From an uncultured Geminicoccaceae bacterium (GTDB lineage: Bacteria; Pseudomonadota; Alphaproteobacteria; Geminicoccales; Geminicoccaceae): a DNA stretch of 64,000 bases. The translations under genes and the position numbers were made by a program. The stretch is from contig CAYMTA010000009.1 in NCBI GenBank assembly GCA_964393275.1, positions 53,544-117,543 of the forward strand, read 5' to 3'. Numbering within the stretch: the first letter of the stretch is position 1; each line of letters opens with the position of its first letter. The notes under the pieces were generated by a model. It had not been told where the DNA came from. It saw only the letters and a list, made by a program, of their open reading frames with translations, and searched no databases. Of this stretch, positions 15,841-26,200 are shown piece by piece.

Positions 15841-18285
15841 TCAGGCGCGAATTCTTTCATTGCGCGGGTCGTAGAAGGCCTCGAGACGAGTCTCGGCCCC
15901 AACCCGCCGCCAGCCGATCTCGATGGCGAAATCACGTCCCGGCGCCAGGTCTTTCGCCCCGCCCTGCAACTGCACATAACCCATGCCGAGCGAGGCGTCG
16001 ATCCGGTGGCCGTAGGCGCCCGAGGTGATCGAGCCGACGATCTCGGCGCCCGACCAGATAGGCTCCTCGTGGTGCAGGAGCTCGGCCGGATCCTCGAGCC
16101 TGAACTGGACGAGGCGCCGCTTCGGCCCACCTGCCTCGCGCTGCCGGAGCAGGGCATCGCGGCCGATGAAGGCCGGCTTGCGCCAGCCGACAGCGAAACC
16201 GAGCCCGGCCTCGAGCGGCGTGTCCATGACGGAGATGTCGTGGCCCCAGTGGCGGTAGGCCTTCTCCATGCGGCAGGCATTCATGGCGTGATAGCCGGCC
16301 ATGCGGAGGCCGAAATCGCGGCCCGCCTCGACCAGTGCATCGAAGACATGCACGGCGAACTCCGCCGGCACGTAGAGCTCGAAGCCGAGCTCGCCCACAT
16401 AGGTCAGGCGGCTCGCCCGCACCTGGGCACAGCCGATCTCCAGCTCCCGCGACGTGGCGAAGGGAAAATCGGCGTCGGCCAGGAGCTCGCCGGAGACCGC
16501 CTCGAGCAGGGCGCGGCTCTGCGGTCCCATGAGGCCGAGCATCGGCAGGCCGGACGTGACATCGACGACCGCGCAGCGGCAGTCGTCGGAAAGCTGCCGG
16601 CGCAGCCAGGCGAGGTCGCGGGTCTGGCCGGCCGCCGTGGTGACGACCATGAACTGGCACTCGCCGGTGCGGGTGACGGTGAGATCGGCCTCGATGCCGG
16701 CCCGCTCGTTCAGCCATTGGGTGTACACGACGTGGCCGACCGGAACGTCCATCTCGGCCGCCGAGACCCGGTTCAGCAGGGCCAGCGCGTCGCGGCCGGT
16801 GACCAGGTATTTCGTGAAGCTCGACTGGTCGAAGAGGGCAACGGCGTCGCGCACCACATGGCACTCATCCGCGCATGCCTCGAACCAGTTCTGCCGCCCC
16901 CAGGAGTAACGATACTCGCGCTCGGCGCCAGCCGGGGCGAACCAGTTGGGCCGTTCCCAGCCGGACTGCTCGCCCATCACGGCACCCTCTGCCAGCAGTC
17001 GGTCGTGGAACGGCGACCGCCGGATGCCGCGGGCCGTGGCGTATTGCCGGTGCGGCCAGTGCATGGCGTAGAGCAGGCCGAGGGTCTCGGTCGTCCGCTC
17101 GCGCAGATAGCGCCGATTGGCCTGGAAGGGCTGCAGCCGCCGCACATCGACGTCGACCAGGTCGCCCGGCATGTGCCGATCCCGGATCCATTCCGCCAGC
17201 ACCTTGCCGACCCCGCCCGAGGACTGGATGCCGATCGAGTTCATGCCGCAGGCGACGAAGAGATCACGAAGCTCGGCCGTCTCGCCGAGCAGGTAGCGGT
17301 CATCGGGCGTGAAGCTCTCGGGACCGTTGAAGAAGGTCTGGATGCCCGTCTCGGCCAGCACCGGGAGCCGCCTGATGGCCGCCTCGAGGATCGGCTCGAA
17401 ATGCTCGACATCGTCGGGCAGCGTCGTGAACTCGAAATCGTCCGGAATGCCCGCCATGCCCCAGGGCTTGGCGACCGGCTCGAAGGCGCCAAGCAGGAGC
17501 TTGCCGGCATCCTCCTTGACGTAGGCGCATTCGTCCTGGACCCGCAGCACCGGCAGGTCGCGGGGCAGGCCGGGGATGGGCTCGGTGACGATGTAGAAGT
17601 GCTCGGCCGCATGCAGCGGCACGGCGACGCCGACCTCGCGCGCGATGGCATGGCTCCACATGCCGGCGGCGAGCACGGTGGTGTGCGCGCGAAGCGGCCC
17701 CTGGGCGGTCACGACACCGGCCGCCCTGCCCTGCTCGACCAGGATCCGCTCGACCGCCACGTTCTCGTGGATCCGGGCGCCGTGGGATCTCGCACCCTTG
17801 GCGTAGGCCATGGCGACGTTGGCCGGATCGGCCTGCCCGTCCTTGGGCAGGAAGATGCCGCCCACCAGATCATCGGTTGATAGGAGAGGATAGCGGGCCT
17901 TGATGTCGCCCGGCGTCAGGAGCTCGACCGCGAGGCCGAAATTCTTCGCCATCGAGGCGCCGCGCTTGAGCTCCTCGAAGCGCTCGGCATGGGTCGCGAC
18001 GCTGATCGACCCGTTCTGGCGAAAGCCGGTCGAGAGGCCCGTCTCGGCCTCGAGCGACCAGAGCAGCTCGGAAGTGTACTTGGCGAGCTCGGTCATCTGC
18101 CGCGTGGCACGCAACTGGCCGATCAGCCCGGCCGCATGCCAGGTGGTGCCGGAGGTCAGCCGCTTGCGCTCCAGCACGACCACGTCGCGGATGCCGAGCC
18201 TGGTCAAATGGTAGGCGATCGAGCAGCCGATGATGCCGCCGCCGATGACAACGACATCGCAGGTCGAGGGCAGGTCGTTCGCCAT
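15841..18285 (-). CDS. FAD-dependent oxidoreductase fused to GcvT-type folate-binding domain (dimethylglycine/sarcosine dehydrogenase family)
   Basis: N-terminal DVVVIGGGIIGCSIAYHL Rossmann motif. 814 aa with an aminomethyltransferase-like C-terminal half. Confidence 0.85.
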   Translation of the reverse strand: MANDLPSTCDVVVIGGGIIGCSIAYHLTRLGIRDVVVLERKRLTSGTTWHAAGLIGQLRATRQMTELAKYTSELLWSLEAETGLSTGFRQNGSISVATHAERFEELKRGASMAKNFGLAVELLTPGDIKARYPLLSTDDLVGGIFLPKDGQADPANVAMAYAKGARSHGARIHENVAVERILVEQGRAAGVVTAQGPLRAHTTVLAAGMWSHAIAREVGVAVPLHAAEHFYIVTEPIPGLPRDLPVLRVQDECAYVKEDAGKLLLGAFEPVAKPWGMAGIPDDFEFTTLPDDVEHFEPILEAAIRRLPVLAETGIQTFFNGPESFTPDDRYLLGETAELRDLFVACGMNSIGIQSSGGVGKVLAEWIRDRHMPGDLVDVDVRRLQPFQANRRYLRERTTETLGLLYAMHWPHRQYATARGIRRSPFHDRLLAEGAVMGEQSGWERPNWFAPAGAEREYRYSWGRQNWFEACADECHVVRDAVALFDQSSFTKYLVTGRDALALLNRVSAAEMDVPVGHVVYTQWLNERAGIEADLTVTRTGECQFMVVTTAAGQTRDLAWLRRQLSDDCRCAVVDVTSGLPMLGLMGPQSRALLEAVSGELLADADFPFATSRELEIGCAQVRASRLTYVGELGFELYVPAEFAVHVFDALVEAGRDFGLRMAGYHAMNACRMEKAYRHWGHDISVMDTPLEAGLGFAVGWRKPAFIGRDALLRQREAGGPKRRLVQFRLEDPAELLHHEEPIWSGAEIVGSITSGAYGHRIDASLGMGYVQLQGGAKDLAPGRDFAIEIGWRRVGAETRLEAFYDPRNERIRA

Positions 18286-18405
18286 GAAAGCTCGCGGACA
18301 GGTTCGAGAACGTGTCGAGCATAGCAGCGGCGCGCACAGGACGACAGGCTTCCTGCGTGCTAGGCTCGAAAGCGTTCATCCGATAACGACTGCTGGAGAA
18401 CAGCA

Positions 18406-19524
18406 ATGCGGGTTGGCGTGCCGAAGGAGATCAAGAACCACGAGTATCGCGTGGGACTGTCGCCGGCGAGCGTCATGGAGTTCGTCGCCCACGGCCACGA
18501 GGTGATCGTCGAGACCGCGGCCGGAGTGGGAATCGGCTCGGACGACGCGGCCTACGAAGCAGCCGGCGCCAGCATTGCCGACAAGGCGGCGGAAGTCTTC
18601 GACACCGCGGAGATGATCGTCAAGGTCAAGGAGCCACAGGCGGCCGAGCGCGCCATGCTGCGCCAGGGCCAGATCCTCTTCACCTATCTCCATCTCGCCC
18701 CGGATCCGGAGCAGACGAAGGATCTCATGCGCAGCGGTGCCGTCTGCATCGCCTACGAGACGGTCACCGACAGCCATGGGCATCTGCCGCTCCTGGCGCC
18801 GATGTCGCAGATTGCCGGGCGTCTCGCCATCCAGGCCGGCGCCTACTGCCTCGAGCGGGCGCATGGCGGCTGCGGCATCCTGCTCGGCGGCGTGCCGGGC
18901 GTCGAGAGCGCCAGCGTGACGGTGATCGGCGGTGGCGTGGTCGGCGAGAACGCCGTCATGATGGCGCTCGGCATGGCCGCGGACGTGACTGTCCTCGATC
19001 GCAATGTCGACGCGCTCCAGCATCTCGCCGGCCGTTTCGGGCCCAGCCTGAACACCGTCTACTCGCACCGGGCGTCGCTCGACCGCTACGTGGTCGACGC
19101 GGATCTGGTGATCGGCGCCGTCCTCGTGCCGGGCGACAATGCGCCCAAGCTGGTGACCGCCGACATGGTCCGACGGATGCGCCCGGGCACGGTCCTGGTC
19201 GACGTCGCCATCGACCAGGGCGGCTGCTTCGAAACCTCGCACCCGACGACCCATGACGACCCGACCTTCATCGTCGACGACGTCGTCCATTATTGCGTCG
19301 CCAACATGCCGGGAGCGGTGCCCCGCACGTCGACCATGGCGCTCAACAACGTCACCCTGCCCTACGCGTTGGCCCTGGCCGACAAGGGCTACAAGGCGGC
19401 CTTGCGCGAGAACCCGCATTTTCGCGCCGGCCTCAACGTCCACGCGGGCAAGATCACCTATCGGGCCGTGGCCGAGGCTCAGGGCCACGCCTATGCCGAC
19501 CCCCTGGAGGTGCTCGCCGACTGA
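18406..19524 (+). CDS. ald: Alanine dehydrogenase
   Basis: [20 protein letters not shown]..., [16 protein letters not shown] motif, 372 aa. Confidence 0.92.
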   Translation: MRVGVPKEIKNHEYRVGLSPASVMEFVAHGHEVIVETAAGVGIGSDDAAYEAAGASIADKAAEVFDTAEMIVKVKEPQAAERAMLRQGQILFTYLHLAPDPEQTKDLMRSGAVCIAYETVTDSHGHLPLLAPMSQIAGRLAIQAGAYCLERAHGGCGILLGGVPGVESASVTVIGGGVVGENAVMMALGMAADVTVLDRNVDALQHLAGRFGPSLNTVYSHRASLDRYVVDADLVIGAVLVPGDNAPKLVTADMVRRMRPGTVLVDVAIDQGGCFETSHPTTHDDPTFIVDDVVHYCVANMPGAVPRTSTMALNNVTLPYALALADKGYKAALRENPHFRAGLNVHAGKITYRAVAEAQGHAYADPLEVLAD

Positions 19525-19531
19525 GCGCCGT

Positions 19532-19954
19532 TCACCCGGGCAGGAGACCGAGCACCAGGGCGTAGCGGGCACCCTTGCCGATGGCGATCAGGACCAGGGT
19601 CGGCAGGAAGGTGGTGCGGCAGAGGCCGGCGACCAGCGTCAATGGATCGCCCACAACGGGGAGCCAGGCGAGGAGCAGCGACCAGATTCCCCAACGCTGG
19701 AACTGTCTGGTGGCGCGATCGAGCTGCTCCGGGCGAAACGGAAAGAATCGATGGTCGCGCCAGCGCCTTGCCCAGCGGCCGAGCGCCCAGTTGACCATCG
19801 AGCCCAGCGTGTTCCCGGCCGTCGCCGTGGCCCAGAGCGTCAGCCTCTCGCCCAGGCCTGCCACGGCCATGCCGACGAGCGTGAGCTCCGACGCAAACGG
19901 GACGAGGGTCGCGGCCAGCAAGGCCGAGGCGAAGAGCAGCGCCAGCTCGGCCAC
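19532..19954 (-). CDS. YqaA/DedA-related small membrane protein
   Basis: 140 aa, 4 TM segments, ...GNTLGSMVNWALGRW... pattern. Confidence 0.6.
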   Translation of the reverse strand: MAELALLFASALLAATLVPFASELTLVGMAVAGLGERLTLWATATAGNTLGSMVNWALGRWARRWRDHRFFPFRPEQLDRATRQFQRWGIWSLLLAWLPVVGDPLTLVAGLCRTTFLPTLVLIAIGKGARYALVLGLLPG

Positions 19955-19975
19955 GTCAGGCGAGCCGGGCGCCGG

Positions 19976-21073
19976 TCATCTGGAAGCCATGACGTCGCCG
20001 CCCGGGCCGGCGCGCAGCCCGCGCAGGAGCTCGAGCGTGAGACCTGTCGCCGTGGCGAACCACGCCGCCACCGCGACGAAGACGAAAAGCCGGGGAATCG
20101 GGTCCAAAAACGGCAGATCGAGGGCGCGCGCCATCTGCAGGGTGCTGGTCGTGTACATGCCGAGCGGGAAGACCATGCCCCAGAACTGCGGCTCATAGGC
20201 GAGACGATCCCGGCGAACGACATAGCGCCAGGCCATGAGGGCGAGGAGGAACGGGATCCACCAGCTCGCCACCGACCAGAAGAACAGGGTGAAGCCATGA
20301 AGGAACGGCTCGAACGGCTGCAGCACGGGCCACATCGGGACCCTCAGGATGAGCATCGAGCCGGCCAGGGCCGAGATCGCAACCGCCCCCATGTTGATCC
20401 AGTAGGGTGGACCGAAATCGCGTGCGGCGAGGTCGAGAAAGGTCAGCCGGTAGAAGATCAGGGGGATGATCGCGAGGTAGAGCATGCAGCCGACCATGAA
20501 CATCGCGAGGCAGAAGAACTGCACGGCAGGCAGCGGCGCCACCTCGACCCCGATGGCGCAGCGCAGCACGACAATGGATTGCGTCGCGACCGCCGCGATC
20601 AGCCAGGCGCCGTTGATGCCGGTGGCCAATGACGGCTTGTTGGTCCGCACGGTGACGGCGGTGAAGAAAGTGTACATCACGACGACCCAAAGGCCGAGGC
20701 CGAGATACCAGAGTGCGGTGGCGACGGCCGTGGCGCCGCTCACGATCATGGTCTGGGTGCCGAGCACGCAGGTGCCGGCGACGACGGTGAAGAAGCCCGG
20801 TGCCCGCTGATGGCTCGAGATGTCGGCCGCGATCTGCCGCGGGAAAACCCAGAGACGCGTGACGAGGAGGGCCACGAGGACCGCGTAGGCGAGCCAGTTG
20901 AGCAGGACCAGGGCCATGGCGAAGGTCGCATGGCCGAGCAGGCTAGTCGCGATCGAGATGACGCCGGTCGCCATGACGAGCGCGAAATAGCCGGGGAAGA
21001 GCCCTTTGGCCGCATGCAGGGCGAGCCGGCCGAGGCGTGTCGGAAAGTCGGAGCTGGGCCTGCCGATGATCAT
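19976..21073 (-). CDS. TDT-family (TehA/Mae1/Ssu1-type) anion transporter
   Basis: About 10 TM segments. FPGYFALVMATGVISIA is a typical N-terminal motif. Start trimmed to MIIGRP to avoid overlap with the upstream gene. Confidence 0.7.
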   Translation of the reverse strand: MIIGRPSSDFPTRLGRLALHAAKGLFPGYFALVMATGVISIATSLLGHATFAMALVLLNWLAYAVLVALLVTRLWVFPRQIAADISSHQRAPGFFTVVAGTCVLGTQTMIVSGATAVATALWYLGLGLWVVVMYTFFTAVTVRTNKPSLATGINGAWLIAAVATQSIVVLRCAIGVEVAPLPAVQFFCLAMFMVGCMLYLAIIPLIFYRLTFLDLAARDFGPPYWINMGAVAISALAGSMLILRVPMWPVLQPFEPFLHGFTLFFWSVASWWIPFLLALMAWRYVVRRDRLAYEPQFWGMVFPLGMYTTSTLQMARALDLPFLDPIPRLFVFVAVAAWFATATGLTLELLRGLRAGPGGDVMASR

Positions 21074-21077
21074 CGCC

Positions 21078-21413
21078 TCAGCCGCCGAACGCTGCCATGA
21101 GGAGATCGAGCTGGAGGAACAGCAGGACCAGCGTGGCATTGGCGCCCCAGGCAACCGTCAGCCAGCGGGCCAGCGTGCCCCAGTTGGGCTCCGCACGACC
21201 GGCGCAGCGCCAGACGGCAACCAGGATCCAGACCGTGTAGGCGGCGATGGCGATGAGCGAGAGCTGCTGGACTAGGGCCAGCCCCTGCCACATCAGGCTG
21301 GCATGGAAGGCCATCAGCAGGATGCTGACGCTGACCCCCTTGCCCCAGAAAAGGGGCCCGAGCGCCACCTCGCCGCGCCAGGCGCGAATCTCGGACGCGA
21401 AGAGCTGCGCCAA
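21078..21413 (-). CDS. Hypothetical 3-TM membrane protein (start uncertain)
   Basis: The C-terminal ~110 aa of ORF 21078..21650 is hydrophobic. The N-terminal part of the tracked ORF overlaps the DUF488 gene and is Arg/Gly-rich junk. Confidence 0.4.
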   Translation of the reverse strand: MAQLFASEIRAWRGEVALGPLFWGKGVSVSILLMAFHASLMWQGLALVQQLSLIAIAAYTVWILVAVWRCAGRAEPNWGTLARWLTVAWGANATLVLLFLQLDLLMAAFGG

Positions 21414-21472
21414 GAGCGACCGCTCGGGCAGCTCGCTCCCGGCACAGCGGCCGGTGCCGGTCGGCCCCGAGC

Positions 21473-21862
21473 TCAGGGTGACCTCGCCCGCTGGAGATAG
21501 GCCTGGAGCGCTCTTGCGTTGCTGTGCTCCGCGTCGTGCGCGGCAAAGACCAGGGTGACGACCGGCTTCCTGCAGAGCTCCAGCAGGGCCTCCACGCCGG
21601 CCCGGTTCGCGTCGAGCTCCCGCCAGTACCGAGCCTGAAACTCGTCCCACTTCTGCGGGTCGTGGCCGAACCAGCGTCGAAGCTCGGTGCTGGGTGCTAT
21701 CTCGGGTGTGCGGGCATCGAGCTCGAGCTCCGCCTTCGAGAGGCCGCGTGGCCAGATGCGGTCGACCAGCACCCGAAAGCCGTCGTCGGGCGACGGCGGC
21801 TCGTGCGCCCGCTTGATCCTGATGTCACCGAGCCTTGCGTCGTGCTCCTTCACTTTAGACAT
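21473..21862 (-). CDS. DUF488 (YeaO-like) protein
   Basis: GGAGGA RBS before MSKVKE. RIKRAHEPPSPDDGFRVLVDRIWPRGLSK and LRRWFGHDP are typical DUF488 motifs. Confidence 0.75.
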   Translation of the reverse strand: MSKVKEHDARLGDIRIKRAHEPPSPDDGFRVLVDRIWPRGLSKAELELDARTPEIAPSTELRRWFGHDPQKWDEFQARYWRELDANRAGVEALLELCRKPVVTLVFAAHDAEHSNARALQAYLQRARSP

Positions 21863-21953
21863 GGCCCTCCTCCAAAAGGGCGAGGATGCTCCTTCATGGC
21901 TGCGTCCGGCAAGCATCTCGGCCAGCGCTGCGACCATCGGAGCCCATGCGTCC

Positions 21954-22958
21954 TCAGACGCCGACCCAGCCGCCCGATTTCTCCGAGGCGAAGAGCGCAT
22001 CCAGCACCTTCATGTTGGCGATCGACTCGTCGAGGGTCATGGCGAGCTTTCCTTCGCCCCGGACGGCCTTCGAGAACATCTCGCCCTGCAGGCGGTACTG
22101 GTCGCAGGTCGGAAATTCGATCACCTCCCGGCCGCCGCCGACGAGATCGCGACCATCGTCGACGATGATCCGGCAGGGCCGGTCGTTCGGGGCGTTGCAG
22201 GGGATCTCGACCTCGAGCCGGCCCTTGGTGCCGAGCACGGTGAAGCGCTGCGCCGGTGCAAGCTGCGTCGAGGTCGTCCAGACCGAGCGCCGCCCGTCGC
22301 CGAAGTCGAGGATCGCGGATGCCAGCCGGTCGGTCCTGAAGCCCGGATCGCGCTCGATCAGGCCGACCACCCGCTTCGGCTCCGCGCCCAGCATCCAGCG
22401 CGAGAAGATCGTCATGTAGCAGCCGATATCCATGATCCCGCCACCGCCGATATCGGCCACGTTGCGGACGTTCCCTGGATCGGTGTTGTGGTAGCAGAAG
22501 AGACCGGACGCCGCCCTGGGCTCGCCGATCCGGCCTTCCTCGATCAGGGCCTTCGCCTTCAGCCATTGCGGGTGGCACTTGACCATGAAGGCTTCCTGCA
22601 CGAGCCGCCCGCTCCGGTCGCGCGCCGCCACCAGCGTCGCCGCCTCGGCGGCAGTCATGCCGAGCGGCTTCTCGCAGAGCACGTGCTTGCCCGCCTCGAG
22701 CGCCTTGACCGTCCAGGGCACATGCAGATGGTTTGGCAGGGGATTGTAGACCGCCTCGATCTCGGGATCGGCGAGCAGGTCCTCGTAGGAGCCATAGGCC
22801 CTGGCGACGCCGAGCTTGGCGCGGCCGGCCTCGGCCCTCTCCGCCGAGCGCGAGGCGACGCCAACGATGTCGCAGAGGTCGCTCCGCTGCATCGCCGGTA
22901 TGACCTTCTCCATGCCGATCCTGGCGATACCGAGCATCCCCCATTTGACGGGCTTCAT
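21954..22958 (-). CDS. Gfo/Idh/MocA family NAD(P)-dependent oxidoreductase
   Basis: MKPVKWGMLGIARIG..., EAVYNPLPNHLH, VLCEKPLG. Confidence 0.85.
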   Translation of the reverse strand: MKPVKWGMLGIARIGMEKVIPAMQRSDLCDIVGVASRSAERAEAGRAKLGVARAYGSYEDLLADPEIEAVYNPLPNHLHVPWTVKALEAGKHVLCEKPLGMTAAEAATLVAARDRSGRLVQEAFMVKCHPQWLKAKALIEEGRIGEPRAASGLFCYHNTDPGNVRNVADIGGGGIMDIGCYMTIFSRWMLGAEPKRVVGLIERDPGFRTDRLASAILDFGDGRRSVWTTSTQLAPAQRFTVLGTKGRLEVEIPCNAPNDRPCRIIVDDGRDLVGGGREVIEFPTCDQYRLQGEMFSKAVRGEGKLAMTLDESIANMKVLDALFASEKSGGWVGV

Positions 22959-23292
22959 CGCTCTGCTTCCCTTCATTCCCTTGATGCCATGCGTGGCGAA
23001 TGTCTCCCTGGTCCTGCGTAGCCGTTCAGCCGTCCGCCGTGAAGGGCCAGGGCTCGACCCGGACTGACCTGAAGGTCGCCTCATCCATCGGATCGCCGCC
23101 GCTTCTCCTTTGCGCATGCTCGGCCGCTTTCCCCACGGGGCGCCTGGCTGCTAAGGTGCTGGGAAGGTTCGGCGTGTTGAAGGACAGGCGAAGGTCGATG
23201 CGGTCGTCTGACGGTCGAAAGCGACTGCCGCCAGAGCCAGTCCACCCAAGCATTGCCGCCCGGCTGCCAACCACTCAACGAGAAGATGACCG

Positions 23293-26200
23293 ATGCGCGA
23301 TCCGGCCGATCTGAAGCGGCTGCGCGGCGACATCCGGGCCGCCTATCTGGCCGAGGAAAACGAGGTCGTGCGGCATTGCCTCGATGCGGCTCGCCTCACG
23401 CCCGAGGCCCGCGCCCGGATAAGTGCCGAGGCCGCCGAGCTGGTCCGGGGCATCCGCCGTGACCGCCGCCCCGGCATGATGGAGAGCTTCCTCGCCGAAT
23501 ACGGTCTCACGACCAGGGAAGGCGTGGCGCTGATGTGCCTCGCCGAGGCCATGCTGCGCGTTCCGGATACCACCACGCTCGATGCGCTGATCCACGACAA
23601 GATCACGCCCTCGGACTGGGGCAGGCATCTGGGCAGGTCCAGCTCGTCACTGGTCAACGCCTCGACCTGGGGGCTGATGCTGACCGGGCGGCTGCTCGAC
23701 ACCGAGGATCAGAGGGGCCTGGTCGGCAGCGTGCGCGGCCTGGTGCGCCGCATGGGCGAGCCGGTGGTGCGCACCGCCGTCGGGCAGGCGATGAAGGTCC
23801 TCGGCCAGCAATTCGTTCTGGGCCGCGATATCGACGAGGCGATGCAGCGTGGCTCCTCGATGGAGGAGCGCGGCTACACCTATTCCTTCGACATGCTGGG
23901 CGAGGCCGCACGGACGGCACCCGACGCCGAGCGCTATCTCGATGCCTACGCCCGCGCGATCGACTCGATCGCCAGCCATGCCATCCATCCGGACATTCGC
24001 CGCAATCCCGGCATCAGCGTCAAGCTCTCGGCCTTGTACCCGCGCTACGAGCACGGGCAGAAGGACCGCGCCGTGCCGGCCCTGGTGGAGCGGACCGTTG
24101 CCTTGGCGCGGCGGGCGAAAGCGGCTGCCATGGGCTTCAATATCGACGCGGAGGAGGCCGACCGGCTGGATATCTCGCTCGATATCATCGAGCAGGTGCT
24201 GGCCAATCCCGAGCTCGACGGCTGGGACGGCTTCGGCATCGTGGTGCAGGCCTACAGCCGCCGCTGCCTGCCGGTCCTGGATTGGCTCGGCGAGCTGGCG
24301 CGCGCGAAGGGCCGCCGGATCATGGTGCGGCTGGTCAAGGGTGCCTACTGGGACGCCGAGATCAAGCGCGCCCAGGTGCTGGGTCTGGGGGACTTTCCGG
24401 TCTTCACCCGCAAGGTCAACACCGACATCTCGTACCTTGCCGGCATGCGGCGACTCCTCGAGCTCGCGGATCGCATCTATCCGCAGTTCGCCACGCACAA
24501 TGCGCATAGCGCGACAGCAGGGCTGCATCTCGCGGCGGAAATGGGCATCGGTCATGACCGCTTCGAGTTCCAGCGCCTGCACGGCATGGGCGAGGGCCTG
24601 CACGATATCCTGCACGAGACCAGGGGCACCCAATGCCGCATCTACGCGCCCGTCGGCGTGCACGAGGACCTTCTGGCCTATCTCGTGCGGCGGCTTCTGG
24701 AGAACGGCGCCAACAGCTCCTTTGTGAACCAGATCGTGGACGAGAGCATCACGCCGGAGCGGATCGCGCTCGACCCGGTGACGGCGCTGGAATCGCGCCT
24801 TGCTTTGGGTGCTCCGGTCGCGAATCCGGTCATCAGGCCGCCTTCGCAACTCTACGCGCCGGATCGCCGCACCGCCAAGGGCTGGGACATCACCGACCCC
24901 GCCACGATGGCCGCGCTGGATCTTCTGCGCGACGCCTTCCGCGGCACCCAATGGCATGCCACGCCGCTCCTGGCGCGAGGCGGGACGCAAGGGCGGGTGC
25001 TGCCCTGCCGCAACCCGGCCGATCCCGACAATGTGGTCGGCAGCGTGCGGGAGACGAGCGACGAGGAGGTGGACGCGGCGGTCGAAGCCGCCCGCTTGGC
25101 CTTCCCCGACTGGAGCGCCCGCGCGGTCGAGGACCGCGCCGCCCTGCTGGAGCGGCTGGCCGATCTCCTGGAGGAGAATGCGCCCGAGCTCTTCGCGCTC
25201 ATGGCGCGCGAGGCCGGCAAGACCGTCCTGGATGCCGTGGGCGAGCTGCGCGAGGCGGTGGACTTCTGTCGCTACTACGCCGCCCAGGCGCGACATCTGC
25301 GGCAGGAGCAGGCGGCATCGGGGCGCGGCGTCTTCGTCTGCATCTCGCCCTGGAATTTCCCCTTGGCGATCTTCACGGGCCAGATCTCGGCGGCCCTCGT
25401 CACCGGCAACACCGTGCTGGCCAAGCCCGCCGAGCAGACCCCGCTGGTAGCCTGCCGGGCCGTGCAGCTGATGCATGAAGCGGGCATCCCGCGCGACGTG
25501 ATCCAGCTCCTGCCCGGCGACGGTGCGACGGTGGGTGCCCGTCTCACGGCGCAGGCCGGCGTCGACGGCGTGTGCTTCACCGGCTCGATCGCGACGGCCA
25601 GGATCATCCACCGGGCCATGGCCGACAACGCGCCGCCCGATGCACCGTTGATCGCGGAGACCGGCGGCCTCAACGCGATGATCGTCGACAGCACGGCCCT
25701 CCCCGAGCAGGCGGTGCGCGATATCATCGCCTCGGCGTTCCAATCCGCCGGGCAGCGCTGCTCGGCCCTGCGCATCCTCTATGTCCAAAAGGATGTCGAG
25801 GAGCGCACGATCGAGATGCTGGGGGGCGCCATGCAGACGCTGCGGCTCGGCGATCCCTGGGCCCTCTCGACGGATGTGGGCCCGGTGATCGACGCCGAGG
25901 CGAGGGGCGAGATCGAAGCCTATTGCGCCAGGATGGAGGCCGAAGGGCAGCTGATCAAGAAGCTCGAGGCGCCCGAGCAGGGCCTGTTCGTGGCCCCTGC
26001 CGCTTTCCGGGTCGCCGCGATCCGCGAGCTGGAACGCGAGATCTTCGGGCCGGTGCTGCATGTCGCGAGCTTCGAGGCCGATGAACTCCTCGACACCATA
26101 GCCGAGATCAACGCCGCCGGTTACGGGCTGACCTTCGGTCTCCACACCCGCATCGACGAGCGCGTGCAGGACGCGGTCGAGAACGCGCGCGTCGGCAACA

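Noticed and set aside
15625-17880. 751-aa ORF antisense to the DMGDH-like gene, and 15105..16280 overlapping the TPP enzyme
   Set aside because: These are high-GC shadow ORFs. The sense genes carry Rossmann and TPP motifs.
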